Of a stretch of DNA of 64,000 nucleotides, positions 38,601-48,593 are shown one piece after another. Source of the DNA: an uncultured Planctomycetota bacterium. Its GTDB lineage: Bacteria > Planctomycetota > Planctomycetia > Pirellulales > Lacipirellulaceae. The first letter of the stretch is position 1. Every line of letters starts with the position of its first letter. The notes under the pieces were generated by a model. It worked only from the letters and a program-made list of their open reading frames with translations, did not search any database and had not been told where the DNA came from. Location: contig CAVRBU010000004.1 of assembly GCA_963719315.1 (NCBI GenBank), positions 512,001-576,000 of the forward strand. Reading direction: 5' to 3'. The translations under genes and the position numbers were made by a program.

Positions 38601-40430
38601 ACACGGGGTCCGTGATCGAGAGCGCACCGTGCGTAAGTACGATCGTTCCGCCGATGAGCGAACCATGAAAATTGATTGTTTCGGAGATGCCCACATTCCC
38701 ATTGGCTAAACCGAGCGCTTCGCGGAGCGACAAGTCACCGGCGCTGTAGTTGCCGTCATTTTCATCGGCCAGGATATCAACGACGAGCGTTTGTGGCCCG
38801 CCGAGGGTCTGCCGCTCTTGGGCGCCGACGTTCATCCGGCGCCTCCGATGCCGCCGCCATTGAAAACGCGCACAAACGGGGCGCCGCGCTGATCATATTC
38901 GGCCGGATCAAATGGGATCGAAGGGTCGCCCGCGTCGATCGCAGGATTGCCGGGCAACAGGGTGTGAGTCTGCGTAGGCCCACCATTGTCCGCTAATGGG
39001 CCCAGGGTCGCCAGAAAATTGGCGACCAGAGTTTGGTCACCCGTTTTATTAAATGCTCCAACCGCGTTGCCCTTGCCAATCACGTTGTAGCCAGTCGAGC
39101 TGAAGGAGTTGAATCCGCCGCCGACAATCGACACATCTTCGCCGAGGGCAAAGAGATTCCCGGCTATGATGCTAGAATAGACCGATGTAAGCGTCGAGGC
39201 ATTAGCTTGCGAAGTCACTCCCCCACCGGCAGTCAGCCCGCCAGCTACGTTTAACACGATCGTGCTGTTTTGAATCACGGTTGAGCCGCTGACATTCATC
39301 ACACCGCCGCCACCCGCAGTGCCCAAGGCGATGTTTCGGGAAACCGTCGAGGATAAGAGCTGGGTGATTTGGCCGGTGGACAATGTTGTTTGACTAAAGA
39401 CCCCGCCCCCCTTGAGCTGTGCCTGGTTATTGCTGATGGTGCTGCGGCTGGCCGTGAATTGGCCATAGTAGTTGAAGACGCCGCCGCCACTGCCGCTCGC
39501 CTTGTTGCTGTCGATCGTGCTCGTAGTCACGAACACATGGCTGGCACGAGTCCAAATTCCCGCGCCGGCAACTGCGGTGTTCCCGCTGATCGTACTGCCA
39601 GTGACGGTCGTCAACGCGTCGAAATAGGTCAGAATCCCGCCGCCGGCGCCACCGCCCGAGTTAACCCAGATCTTACTGTTCGTAACATTAAGCGTGCCGA
39701 AATTGTTTTGAATGCCGCCGCCGTTGCCGGATACCGAATTGCCGCTGATCGTGCTGTTGGCGACGTTCAGGGTACCATTTCCATTGAACAGGCCGCCGCC
39801 AAACCCGGCAACATTGTTGCTCACGGTAGTGTCATTCACCGTGAGAACCGCGCTGGCCCCCAGGTTGTACAGCCCGCCGCCGGCAGTCGATGCATTGCCC
39901 GTGACAACGCTCGAGTTGAGCGTCAGGTTTTCCACGTTACGGATCGCGCCGCCGGGGCCCGCAACGTCGCCGTTCGCGAGCGTCAAGCCACTGATCGCGA
40001 CCGTGCGAACGGTCGCAGTGCTATCGTCCACGTTGAATATCCGGCTGCCGTCGCCGTTGTTGCTGGCCGGCGTGGGATCGAATGCATTGATGGTTAGCAG
40101 GTTGGCGCCGGGGCCATTGATCGTGAGATTCTTGTTGATCAGGATTTGCCCCAGGTTCGTCAGGTTGATCGTGCCGGTAACCGAAAAGTCGATCGTGTCG
40201 CCCGCCGCAGCGGCGGCGACCGCTTCGCGCAGCGTGGTCAGGCCATCAACCGGATTGTTGACGTCGATCAACGTGTTGACGGTAATCGACAGCAGCCGCC
40301 GGTCTTCCAGCGGTTCAAATCGTAGCCGCCGCTCGAGTAATAATGAGCGGTTTGCGGTCCGCCGTTTCGTTGCTTGTTGGCCAAGCCGAATGGTGGCCAT
40401 TGTCCGACTGTGGCGCGTGCGTCGAGACAT
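35620..40430 (-). CDS. Large extracellular beta-helix protein (LEDRRLL leader, three CSLREA/choice-of-anchor-Q-like modules, dockerin-like repeat); apparent 1-nt frameshift near 38836
   Basis: ORFs 38832..40430 and 35620..38835 join as GGA(R)MNVGAQE, parallel to GGARIDIGSYE in the next module. Motifs SLREA/TLREA, GGGI..STISGN, LGPLADNGGPTxTHxLLPGxPAIDxG, GDY...DYILWRKTLG. Confidence 0.85.
35797..35831. repeat. ccctctccc/gggagaggg palindromic element, in frame inside a CDS
   Basis: cccctctccccttgggagagggctaggatgagggg encodes PHPSPLPRGEG on the minus strand. Confidence 0.75.
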
Positions 40431-40626
40431 GTTCCGTCCCCTCCCTCACTCACTGGGCCAACAAAAGAAACGCCCCCCAATATATCACCGCCCGAATGGC
40501 GAGCAAGAAAAATCCGCTGGCCGGCAGAAAATCGTGAAATTGAACAGCGGCAGCACACCACCAGTTTCGCCAACCGGTGCGGCGCAGCCGCAAGCAGCGC
40601 TGGCCGGAATTATCGACGATTCTAGA

Positions 40627-42708
40627 CTAAAGAGCTTCGATCGCGTCGAACGCCGTGTCGATCGTGCTGAACGCTTCCTCCGCCGCGCCGCCGCCTTTCT
40701 CGTCGTGCATGTCCGCCCGCGTCTCCACGGTTTTGCCGACGCGGCCAGCGGTGCGCGAGTTCAACCACGCCACCAGCGCATCATCGCGCCGTTCTATCGC
40801 TCCCCTAAGCAGCAGGCTAGCGTGAGGGCCCATCGAACGGGCATCACGGCTGGCTGGCCCAGCAGTGCCGAATGCCGCGACTGTTGGCACAAGTTGCGCG
40901 CCGGTCTCCCGACCCCGCGCGTCGAACGCCGCATCAACCCCCAGCAGAGCCGAGGGCTGTTGCGCGGATTGCACACCTTGACCTTCGGCGAAGAACGCGG
41001 CGCCCGCACCGGACGACACGCCTCCCACACCGCCACTCGCTCCTTCCCCACTCACTCCGCTCCCTGCTCCTACCGTCTGCCCGAAGTGCGCCCGCCACAC
41101 GCCGTAATCGTCCTGATCCACCATGCCGTCGCCATCACCATCGGCGCCAGAGTACGCCGGTACGCCCGTTGTGCCGAGTGTTTTTCGCCACAATACGAAG
41201 TCGGCGGCGTCGACCACGTTGTTCTGGTTGTAATCAGCCGGCAGCGCCGGCCCAACCGGCTCCCACTCGAACGCGCCGATATCGATCCGCGCACCGGGCA
41301 CGGCGTCGCCGTTGTACACGCGCGTATACGGCGTGCCGCGCTGGTCATACAGCGGCACTCCGCCGGCGCCCGCGACAGCCGACGCGTTCCCAGCGTCGAT
41401 CGCCGGGCTGCCGGCCAATAGCGCGTGCGTCATGGTTGGCCCACTATTATTGGCCAGGGGGCCCAGCAGCGGATTGATGGGTGCGGCGGCCGTCCCAATT
41501 TGATTCCCGCCCTGATTGTTGATCGTCGCCCCGGTGCTATCGCCAATCAGGCTGTATTGTAGCTCGATCGGTCCGGACGCATCGCTCCGAGTCGATGCGC
41601 CGCGGGTGTTACTCGCGATTATCGTGTGGCGATACGCTTCGGTTCCCGTGCCAACGTCGATAATGCCGCCGCCAAGGCCATTCCCATTGTTGTCCGAGTC
41701 TGCCCGGTTCGCGGTAATCGTGGTGTGAGTAACCGTGACATCGCCGTGATCGACGTAGATTCCGCCGCCGTCGCTCTTCGCCTGGTTGCCGCTGATCGTG
41801 CTATTGGTCACGTTCAATGTGCCGTAGCCATTGCTGATGCCGCCACCTGCGTCCGCCGTATTGCCGTTGATCGTGCTCGAGGTGACGGTCACTGTGGTGG
41901 CATCGGCGAAGATTCCACCCCCGTCCCCGGCGGCCGAGTTGCCGCTGATCGTGCTCGAGGAGACGGTCACCGGGCATTTTTCGCTATAAATTCCCCCGCC
42001 ATCGGCGCTCGTCGCCGAGTTGCCGCTGATCGTGCTGCCAGTCACGATCAGCGTGCCTTTGACGCAGTAGATACCTCCGCCGTACTTCGCTGTATTGCCG
42101 CTGACCGTGCTGCCTGTAACCACGAGGTTATGATTGGCGCTATAGATTCCGCCGCCATTGCCGGTGGCCGCATTGCCGCTGATCGTGCTATTGGTCACCG
42201 TCAGGTTTTCCAAATTCCGAATCGCCCCGCCATTCCCCGAAGCATCGCCGCCGGCGAGCGTCAGGCCGGAGATGGAAACCGTCTTCGTGGAGGAGGAACT
42301 GCCGTCATCGACATTGAACACCCGGCTGCCGTTGCCGGCCGCTGGGCTCGGATTGTAGGCCTGAATCGTCAACAGATTCGCGCCGGGGCCGGTGATCGTG
42401 AGGTTCTTGTTGATCGTCAACTGGCCAAGCGACGTCAGGTTGATCGTTCCGGTAACCGAAAAGTTGATGGTGTCATTTGCCGCGGCCGCCGCGATCGCCT
42501 CGCGCAGCGTTGTCAGGCCATCGCCCGCGTTGTTGACGTCGATCAGCGTATTGACCGTGATGGAGAGCAGCCGCCGGTCTTCAAGCGGCTCGATCTGTAA
42601 TCGACGGCGATACGGCAACAAACCGGTTAGCGATCGGTGCGTTGTCGCTGAGCGACGAAAGAATTGAATACCCCGATGAATCCTGCCAAGGTGTGATTTT
42701 CGGAACAT
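40627..42708 (-). CDS. Shorter paralogous extracellular beta-helix protein (one module + dockerin-like repeat)
   Basis: RRRLQIEPLEDRRLLSITVNTLIDVNN..TLREA; LGPLANNSGPTMTHALLAGSPAIDAG; ADYNQNNVVDAADFVLWRKTLG. Confidence 0.88.
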   Translation of the reverse strand: MFRKSHLGRIHRGIQFFRRSATTHRSLTGLLPYRRRLQIEPLEDRRLLSITVNTLIDVNNAGDGLTTLREAIAAAAANDTINFSVTGTINLTSLGQLTINKNLTITGPGANLLTIQAYNPSPAAGNGSRVFNVDDGSSSSTKTVSISGLTLAGGDASGNGGAIRNLENLTVTNSTISGNAATGNGGGIYSANHNLVVTGSTVSGNTAKYGGGIYCVKGTLIVTGSTISGNSATSADGGGIYSEKCPVTVSSSTISGNSAAGDGGGIFADATTVTVTSSTINGNTADAGGGISNGYGTLNVTNSTISGNQAKSDGGGIYVDHGDVTVTHTTITANRADSDNNGNGLGGGIIDVGTGTEAYRHTIIASNTRGASTRSDASGPIELQYSLIGDSTGATINNQGGNQIGTAAAPINPLLGPLANNSGPTMTHALLAGSPAIDAGNASAVAGAGGVPLYDQRGTPYTRVYNGDAVPGARIDIGAFEWEPVGPALPADYNQNNVVDAADFVLWRKTLGTTGVPAYSGADGDGDGMVDQDDYGVWRAHFGQTVGAGSGVSGEGASGGVGGVSSGAGAAFFAEGQGVQSAQQPSALLGVDAAFDARGRETGAQLVPTVAAFGTAGPASRDARSMGPHASLLLRGAIERRDDALVAWLNSRTAGRVGKTVETRADMHDEKGGGAAEEAFSTIDTAFDAIEAL

Positions 42709-42894
42709 TCTCCAGTCCTCGCAAATCCCTCAATCTATGCACTCGGTCACAGCTTAATTGCCCATCGAGAAGATTGCAAGAAAAAATCTGGAATTTAATC
42801 GGCTATCTCAATCGGCCCTTCGCTGCCGACCCGCTGCCGAGCCGAGGGCTGCCATCGCGCTGATTCCGGGTCGGCTACCGCTGCGTGAAATAAT

Positions 42895-42917
42895 GTGTCA
42901 GGCATTGCCTGACCTAC
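42895..42917 (-). repeat. GTAG-type REP hairpin
   Basis: gtgtcaggcattgcctgacctac; its GTAG contains the stop codon of the PfpI-family gene. Confidence 0.75.
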
Positions 42918-43459
42918 GCTACCGTCGCGGCGCACATTACTTCGATAATCGCCCGGCAGAATTGGGGCAGGTCGTCCGGCTTGCGGCTCGAAATGAAATT
43001 GCGATCGACGACCACCGGCGCGTCTTCCCAAATGGCGCCGGCATTCACCAGGTCGTCTTTAATACCGGGCGAACCCGTCACGCGCACGCCGCGGTAGACA
43101 CCCGCAGAAATTGGAATCCAGCCGCCGTGGCAAATCGCGGCCACCAGCTTTTCTCTCGCGGCGAATTCGCGGACGAGCCGCTTTACCTTGTCGTCGCGAC
43201 GGAGCTTTTCGGGCATGAAGCCGCCCGGAATCACGACGCCGTGGAAGTCGCTGCTCTCCATGAGCGCGATCGCCGCATCGGAACGGCACGGATAACCGTG
43301 CTTGCCTTGGTAGACCGTTTCGCCCTTCGGCCCGGCGACCGTGACGTGCGCTCCGGCTTCGGCCAGTCGCAGCTTCGGGTACCACAACTCGAGGTCCTCA
43401 TAGTCGTCGCCGACAAACATCAACAACCGGAGGTCGGCCAATGGTTGATCGTGAGACAT
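42914..43459 (-). CDS. DJ-1/PfpI family protein (type 1 glutamine amidotransferase-like)
   Basis: YEDLELWYP, VIPGG, AAICHG, VVVDRNFISSRKPDDL. Confidence 0.93.
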   Translation of the reverse strand: MSHDQPLADLRLLMFVGDDYEDLELWYPKLRLAEAGAHVTVAGPKGETVYQGKHGYPCRSDAAIALMESSDFHGVVIPGGFMPEKLRRDDKVKRLVREFAAREKLVAAICHGGWIPISAGVYRGVRVTGSPGIKDDLVNAGAIWEDAPVVVDRNFISSRKPDDLPQFCRAIIEVMCAATVA

Positions 43460-43477
43460 GGCATAGCTCCTTTACGG

Positions 43478-43688
43478 TTAGTCCGTTGTCCGTTGTAAGT
43501 AGTCCGTGGTCTCAAACGATTAACCGCGTCTAACAAATTGAACCGCCTAGTCGCCAAGGCGCCAAGAAAGGCAAAAACAGCATGCTATTCTCTTGGCCAC
43601 CTTGGCGCTCTTGGCGGTTTGATTGTTTTTGTTAGAAGCTTTAAGCAAGATTGCTGCGGACAACGGACTATGGGCCACGAACAACTAA
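43478..43688. repeat. Nested hairpin elements between the glycosyltransferase and PfpI genes
   Basis: Outer arms (gtccgtt)n 43478-43511 / (aacggac)n 43657-43688; inner arms aaccgcctagtcgccaaggcgccaaga 43541-43567 / tcttggccaccttggcgctcttggcggtt 43591-43619. Confidence 0.8.
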
Positions 43689-43692
43689 ACTT

Positions 43693-45048
43693 CTACCGCG
43701 CCGCCCGCTGGTTGGCCAGTTGCTCCAGCGCGTCGCAGGCCGCGGCGAGGGCGGCGGGGCCGTTGCAACGCGACGCCAGGTCGCGGCAACGAGCCGCGAT
43801 GGTGGGGGAATCGAGCATGATCGCAAGCGCGGTAGCGACACTGGGGCCGGTGAATTTTCCCACCGCAATCTCCCGCGCGACACCCAGTCGCACGAGCCGC
43901 CGCGAATTGTCGAATTGGTCGTACGACATCGGCCGCACGATTTGCGGCACGCCGGCGGCGAGGCCCTGGGCACAACTGCCGATGCCGCCGTGATGCACGA
44001 GCGCGGCCGTATGCGGCAGCAATTTGCTCATCGGCACGAAACCGACGTGACACACCGATTCGGGCAAGTTCGCCGGCAATTGGTGGCCGTACTTGGTCAG
44101 CAGGATGCCGCGTCGGCCCAATCGTGCACAAACATCGACCGCTGCCGTAAAGAACTGCTGCGCTTCGCGATTCGCGGAGCCGGGCGAGAAAGCGATCGGA
44201 GGCGTACCGGCCGCTAGGAAATCCTGTACCTCGATCGGAAGACCATCGGTTTGGCGCTGGCTCTGTCCGTGCTTGTCGGTATTGCTGCAAAGAGCACTGG
44301 CGGAGCCAGCGGCGCCCTCGTTCAACGGCGTCTCTGCCGGAGTCGGCGAATCCCACAATGGAAAGCCGACGGCGCGGGAATTCGCCGGCCAATCGGGCTG
44401 CAGCGGACCAAACCAATCGGGAAACAACCCTAGCATCAGATCGGATTCGAACAGCCAATGATTGAAGATTCGTTGTGTACGCGGCAACCCGAGATCGGCG
44501 CGCAAGGCATTGAGTTCCGGCCCGAGCAGCGGCATTGCGAACAGCCGGTCGGAAGCCCAGAATTGCACGCGCTTCAGCCAGCGTGGCACGCGCGGGCCCA
44601 GCATCGCCCCCTTGAGCCGCGGCGAATCGTAGAGCGACCACAACACGCCCGGGGCGAAGATCGTGCTCGCTACGGGCGCCCCCAGTTTTTCGCCCGCCAC
44701 GCGACTTGCCAGGTCCATCGCGTGCGCACAAAACACGGTTTCACCCGGCACATAGTTGGCGACTAGCAGATCGTACAGCGGCCGCAGCATCCGAGCCGAC
44801 GCATAGGACAGCACTAACTTCGGGCCGCGGATGTGGTGCCACAGGTCGGGGTGCTGCGTTAGCTCGACGTACTGCTCTCGCGTCCCCAGCGGTAAGAGTT
44901 CCAAACCCGCCCCGGCGACGACGTCTTCGAAATACGGATTCGTGACGATCTTCACTCGGTGCCCGCGCGCCGCGAGCGCTGCACCAAGCCCCGCCATCGG
45001 ATGCACGTCGCCGTAACTGCCCAAGCCGGTAATCAGGAATTGCGTCAT
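43693..45048 (-). CDS. GT1 family glycosyltransferase (RhlB/MGT-like)
   Basis: GSYGDVHP..LAARGH; LVHHGGIGS..AAGVPQIVRPMSYDQFDN. Confidence 0.92.
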   Translation of the reverse strand: MTQFLITGLGSYGDVHPMAGLGAALAARGHRVKIVTNPYFEDVVAGAGLELLPLGTREQYVELTQHPDLWHHIRGPKLVLSYASARMLRPLYDLLVANYVPGETVFCAHAMDLASRVAGEKLGAPVASTIFAPGVLWSLYDSPRLKGAMLGPRVPRWLKRVQFWASDRLFAMPLLGPELNALRADLGLPRTQRIFNHWLFESDLMLGLFPDWFGPLQPDWPANSRAVGFPLWDSPTPAETPLNEGAAGSASALCSNTDKHGQSQRQTDGLPIEVQDFLAAGTPPIAFSPGSANREAQQFFTAAVDVCARLGRRGILLTKYGHQLPANLPESVCHVGFVPMSKLLPHTAALVHHGGIGSCAQGLAAGVPQIVRPMSYDQFDNSRRLVRLGVAREIAVGKFTGPSVATALAIMLDSPTIAARCRDLASRCNGPAALAAACDALEQLANQRAAR

Positions 45049-45190
45049 GAATCCTCGGGGCGTTCACTTTCTTGCCGCTACGCCGCAAGCGAGGGGCAAA
45101 GGGAAATGGAACTTGTCACTATAAGCGCTCTGGCCGACAATGAAAAATGCATTTCGGGTCTCGATTCTCGACTCTCCGCCCACGGCTTCC

Positions 45191-46006
45191 ATGGACGATC
45201 TCGAACGCGATAAGTTCTACGTTGCACCGCCGGACTCCGACGGCGACGAGTACGAGTTGGAAGCGCCCGATGAGGCCGCCGAAGAGCTCCGCAAACAGGC
45301 GGTTTTGAATTCGATCAGGTCCAAGATTGATATCGACGAAGTATATCGCGAAGCGGAGCACAACCGCGGCGGGGAGATTCTTGAGAATTGGCTCCGCAAC
45401 TTTCACTTTCGTTTTCAGTTTCGAGTCAAGCATCTGCTCATCGCCACGGCGGTGTTGGCGATCGCGCTGACGCTCATCAAGTTGAAACTATTCTGGATGG
45501 CCGTCATCGTGCTGTTCATGCTATCCGTCGCCGGATTGTACGGCTATCTGAAGTGGGAGGAGCGAAAACATCAGGCCGAGGCCGATCGCAGGCGCGAAGA
45601 GCTGTATGCACGGCGCCGGGCGCAATTCGCGCCCCGGCTGCCGGGGCACATCGTCGGTGATCCGCTCGCCGCGACTGAATCAAGCATTCCCGACGTGCCA
45701 CAGCCGCCCAACGAAGTCGAACGCATCTGGTTGGAGTCGATGGAACGGGAGAAGTTTCGCTTTCAATTCTCGCTCCGCGAGCTGATCATTGCCATGACCA
45801 CCGCCGCGGTGGTGTTGGGATTGATTCGCCTGCTGGGAAGCCCGGCGGCGACGGCCACCGTGTTAGGTTTGGTTGCGCTGTTCGGACTGTTAATTTTCGC
45901 TTTGGGTTTCGAGCCGCCGCAGATCGTGGTATTCGGCTGGTGGTTCACGCTGGTCCTGTACGTGCTCTTGAGCATCTTCGCCGCCGTGTGGAGCGGTTTT
46001 GGCTGA
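45191..46006 (+). CDS. Hypothetical membrane protein with a duplicated RFQF-x-L/V motif
   Basis: RFQFRVKHLLIATAVLA and RFQFSLRELIIAMTTAA each precede TM helices; acidic N-terminus. Confidence 0.7.
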   Translation: MDDLERDKFYVAPPDSDGDEYELEAPDEAAEELRKQAVLNSIRSKIDIDEVYREAEHNRGGEILENWLRNFHFRFQFRVKHLLIATAVLAIALTLIKLKLFWMAVIVLFMLSVAGLYGYLKWEERKHQAEADRRREELYARRRAQFAPRLPGHIVGDPLAATESSIPDVPQPPNEVERIWLESMEREKFRFQFSLRELIIAMTTAAVVLGLIRLLGSPAATATVLGLVALFGLLIFALGFEPPQIVVFGWWFTLVLYVLLSIFAAVWSGFG

Positions 46007-46092
46007 ACCTGTGGCATGGTCGGCGTGTCCGCAACACGACGATTCAATGATTCTGGTTCTCGACCCTTGACACCTAAACCCTTGACTTCCTC

Positions 46093-46665
46093 ATGCACGC
46101 CGCCGCTATGCATCAGAGTGCGATTGAATTAGAGCAATGCCTCCCCGAAGTGCTGGCGTCGCCGCGCGACGCAGGGCGGCTGAATGCGATCTTCGTGCGC
46201 CCGACCGCCAACGAGCGCCGCTCGCTCGCCGAAGCCCGGCTCTCGCCGGAGGGCGGCATCGACGGCGACCGCTGGGTGAGCGACAGCTACTATCGATTGC
46301 CGGACGGCCGCTCCGACCCGCGCTGCCAAGTCTCGCTGATGAATGCCCGCCTGTTGCGGCAAATCGCCGGCCAGGAAGACGCTATGTGCCTCGCGGGCGA
46401 TAACCTGATCGTCGATCTCGACCTGAGTGAGGAAAACCTGCCGACCGGCAGCCAATTGGCAATCGGCACGGAGGTGATCATCGAGTTCAGCGATTTGCCG
46501 CACACTGGCTGTGGGAAGTTCGCACAACGTTACGGCAACGACGCCCGCGCGTTCGTCAATGCCAAGCACCGCCAACCGCTCCACTTGCGCGGCCGCTACG
46601 CAATGATCGTCCGAGGCGGGGAAGTGCGTTTAAGCGATACGGTGACCAAGCACTCGGCAATGTAG
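46093..46665 (+). CDS. MOSC domain-containing protein
   Basis: GIDGDRW, QVSLMN, AGDNLIVDLDLS, PHTGCGKF, LRGRYA. Confidence 0.88.
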   Translation: MHAAAMHQSAIELEQCLPEVLASPRDAGRLNAIFVRPTANERRSLAEARLSPEGGIDGDRWVSDSYYRLPDGRSDPRCQVSLMNARLLRQIAGQEDAMCLAGDNLIVDLDLSEENLPTGSQLAIGTEVIIEFSDLPHTGCGKFAQRYGNDARAFVNAKHRQPLHLRGRYAMIVRGGEVRLSDTVTKHSAM

Positions 46666-47139
46666 TGCTCGCCGCTGCTCGCCGAGGTGTTTAGCGATAG
46701 GTTCATGCTCGGCATTCTCTTGAATCCAATCATCTTGGTCGGTGACGCCCTTTTGCGACACTTCTCCACCCGGGTTGTGCCAAAATCACAAGCGGCCGGC
46801 CATTCTGCCCCATCCGTCGGCCATAGAAACTGCCGAAATCGTAACAATTTCGCGGTTTGCAGAGCCGTTCACGGCCCTTTCCATCGAAGTGGTCTTAGGC
46901 CCGTCGTTGACGACGGGTTGGTGAGAGCCCACGAAGCAGCACCAAGCCCTGTTTACAGGGCTTCTCGCGGCTTCAATCTGCTAAACGGTTGCCCGAAATC
47001 AGCCTCGCCCTGGCCAAATTTCGGGGAAATTCCTCGCTCAAACGTGCGGCAAATACTAGCAATTCCGTGGCTATGAACTAGACTCAAAGAAAGACAGAAG
47101 GGCTAGATTTAGACTTTTCAACCGCCACGGAGTCCTACC

Positions 47140-47712
47140 ATGTCCAGTGAATTAATGACCCCTACTTCCGGCCACGAACTACATTCGGTGCGCGATCAAT
47201 GGTGGTGTTTTCTAGCTATGGGGATCGCACTCGTGATCCTGGGGTCGATTTGTATCGCAACGCCCTTTCTGGCGGGGGTGACGGCAGTCGTCGTGTTTGG
47301 TTTCCTGCTGCTGGCCGCCGGCATCACGCAAGTCGTGAGTTCGTTCTGGTCCGGCAAGTGGAGCGGTATGTTGCTCCATCTCCTAATCGGTGTCTTGTAC
47401 ATGGTCGTGGGCTTTATGATTATCGATGCCCCCGTGGAGAACACGCTGCTGCTTACCAAGCTGATCGCCATCTTCCTGATCGTCACCGGCATCTTCGACA
47501 TCGTGGCGGCGCTGGCTCACCGGTTCCACGGTTGGGGCTGGGTGCTCTTGAACGGGTGCATCACGTTGTTGCTCGGCCTGTTGATCAACAAGCAATGGCC
47601 TAGCTCCGGGTTATGGGTCATCGGCCTGTTCGTGGGGATCGAGATGATCTTCAACGGCTGGGGCTGGATCATGCTCTCGATGGGATTGAAAGCGTCGAAG
47701 CGGCCCGCTTAA
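47140..47712 (+). CDS. HdeD/DUF308 family membrane protein
   Basis: WWCFLAMGIALVILG; six TM segments; WPSSGLWVIGLFVGIEMIFNG. Confidence 0.9.
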   Translation: MSSELMTPTSGHELHSVRDQWWCFLAMGIALVILGSICIATPFLAGVTAVVVFGFLLLAAGITQVVSSFWSGKWSGMLLHLLIGVLYMVVGFMIIDAPVENTLLLTKLIAIFLIVTGIFDIVAALAHRFHGWGWVLLNGCITLLLGLLINKQWPSSGLWVIGLFVGIEMIFNGWGWIMLSMGLKASKRPA

Positions 47713-47733
47713 GCGGCCATATGGATCGAGATC

Positions 47734-48243
47734 TCACCGTAGCGGCGGCTTGCCCATCAGGCGACGCAGCATCGCGATCTGGCCGGCATGCACAAGTTCG
47801 TGCTGCGGGCTGTAGTCGATCGCGCCGAGTTTAGTTTTGAATGCCGGATGGGGCGGATCGACCGGCGCATCGAGCTCGGCGTTGTCCACCAACGGCAACT
47901 CGGCAAGAACTTGTTCGTGCACGTCGGCGAACACGCGCTGAATCTCCTCCAGCGGCAGATTGTTCTTCGCGCCGGTCACCGGCTTCGATCCCAATTTGAA
48001 GGCATCGATGAAGGCGTCCGAGATCAGCGCTTCATCCTCGACCGTTCGGCCGCGGAGTCGCCGCAGGCAGAGATTGTACTGAGCAACCGCCAGGTGACCG
48101 ACCTGCCACGCGATGTGCGTCGTGAACACGGGAGGCGACCAGAACCATTCGTCCGGCGTGAGATCGGTCAAGAATTGGCGCGTATAGATCCGCGAACGTC
48201 GCAAGCGGTCGATCACGGCTTCCAAGCGAGCGGGCGTGGGCAT
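47734..48243 (-). CDS. DinB family protein
   Basis: THIAWQVGHLA and HELVHAGQIAMLRRLMGK His motifs. Confidence 0.88.
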   Translation of the reverse strand: MPTPARLEAVIDRLRRSRIYTRQFLTDLTPDEWFWSPPVFTTHIAWQVGHLAVAQYNLCLRRLRGRTVEDEALISDAFIDAFKLGSKPVTGAKNNLPLEEIQRVFADVHEQVLAELPLVDNAELDAPVDPPHPAFKTKLGAIDYSPQHELVHAGQIAMLRRLMGKPPLR

Positions 48244-48360
48244 GGGTAAAGTCCCAGGTGACATCTAGGTAAATGCTTCCGCCACGATAGCACGACCGGC
48301 GGCGATACGCCAAGGAGGCCTGGCCGCAGGAGTTGTCCTGATTTGCGGCACAACAGTTTT

Positions 48361-48411
48361 GTAGCACGGACTTCAGTCCGTGATTCTCGTACGGACTTCA
48401 GTCCGTGCTAC
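48361..48411. repeat. GTAG-type REP pair
   Basis: gtagcacggacttcagtccgtg ... acggacttcagtccgtgctac. Confidence 0.85.
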
Positions 48412-48593
48412 AAAGTTCCGGTCCGGACGGTGCCAAATTAGGACACCACCTGGCCGCCCGATGCGGAGTTTTACCAATATGCCGTGTGCCAGCACCTACG
48501 CCTCGCGGCTGGTTTACTTTTCACGCCATATCCGTCAGACTGCTGTCTAGATGGCAGCCTCACTTTTGAGGCTTAATTCAAAGAGGAAAAACC

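Noticed and set aside
35845..41030. Diversity-generating retroelement template/variable repeat pair
   Set aside because: Differences between the two tails are not adenine-specific, both copies are coding, and there is no reverse transcriptase in the window.
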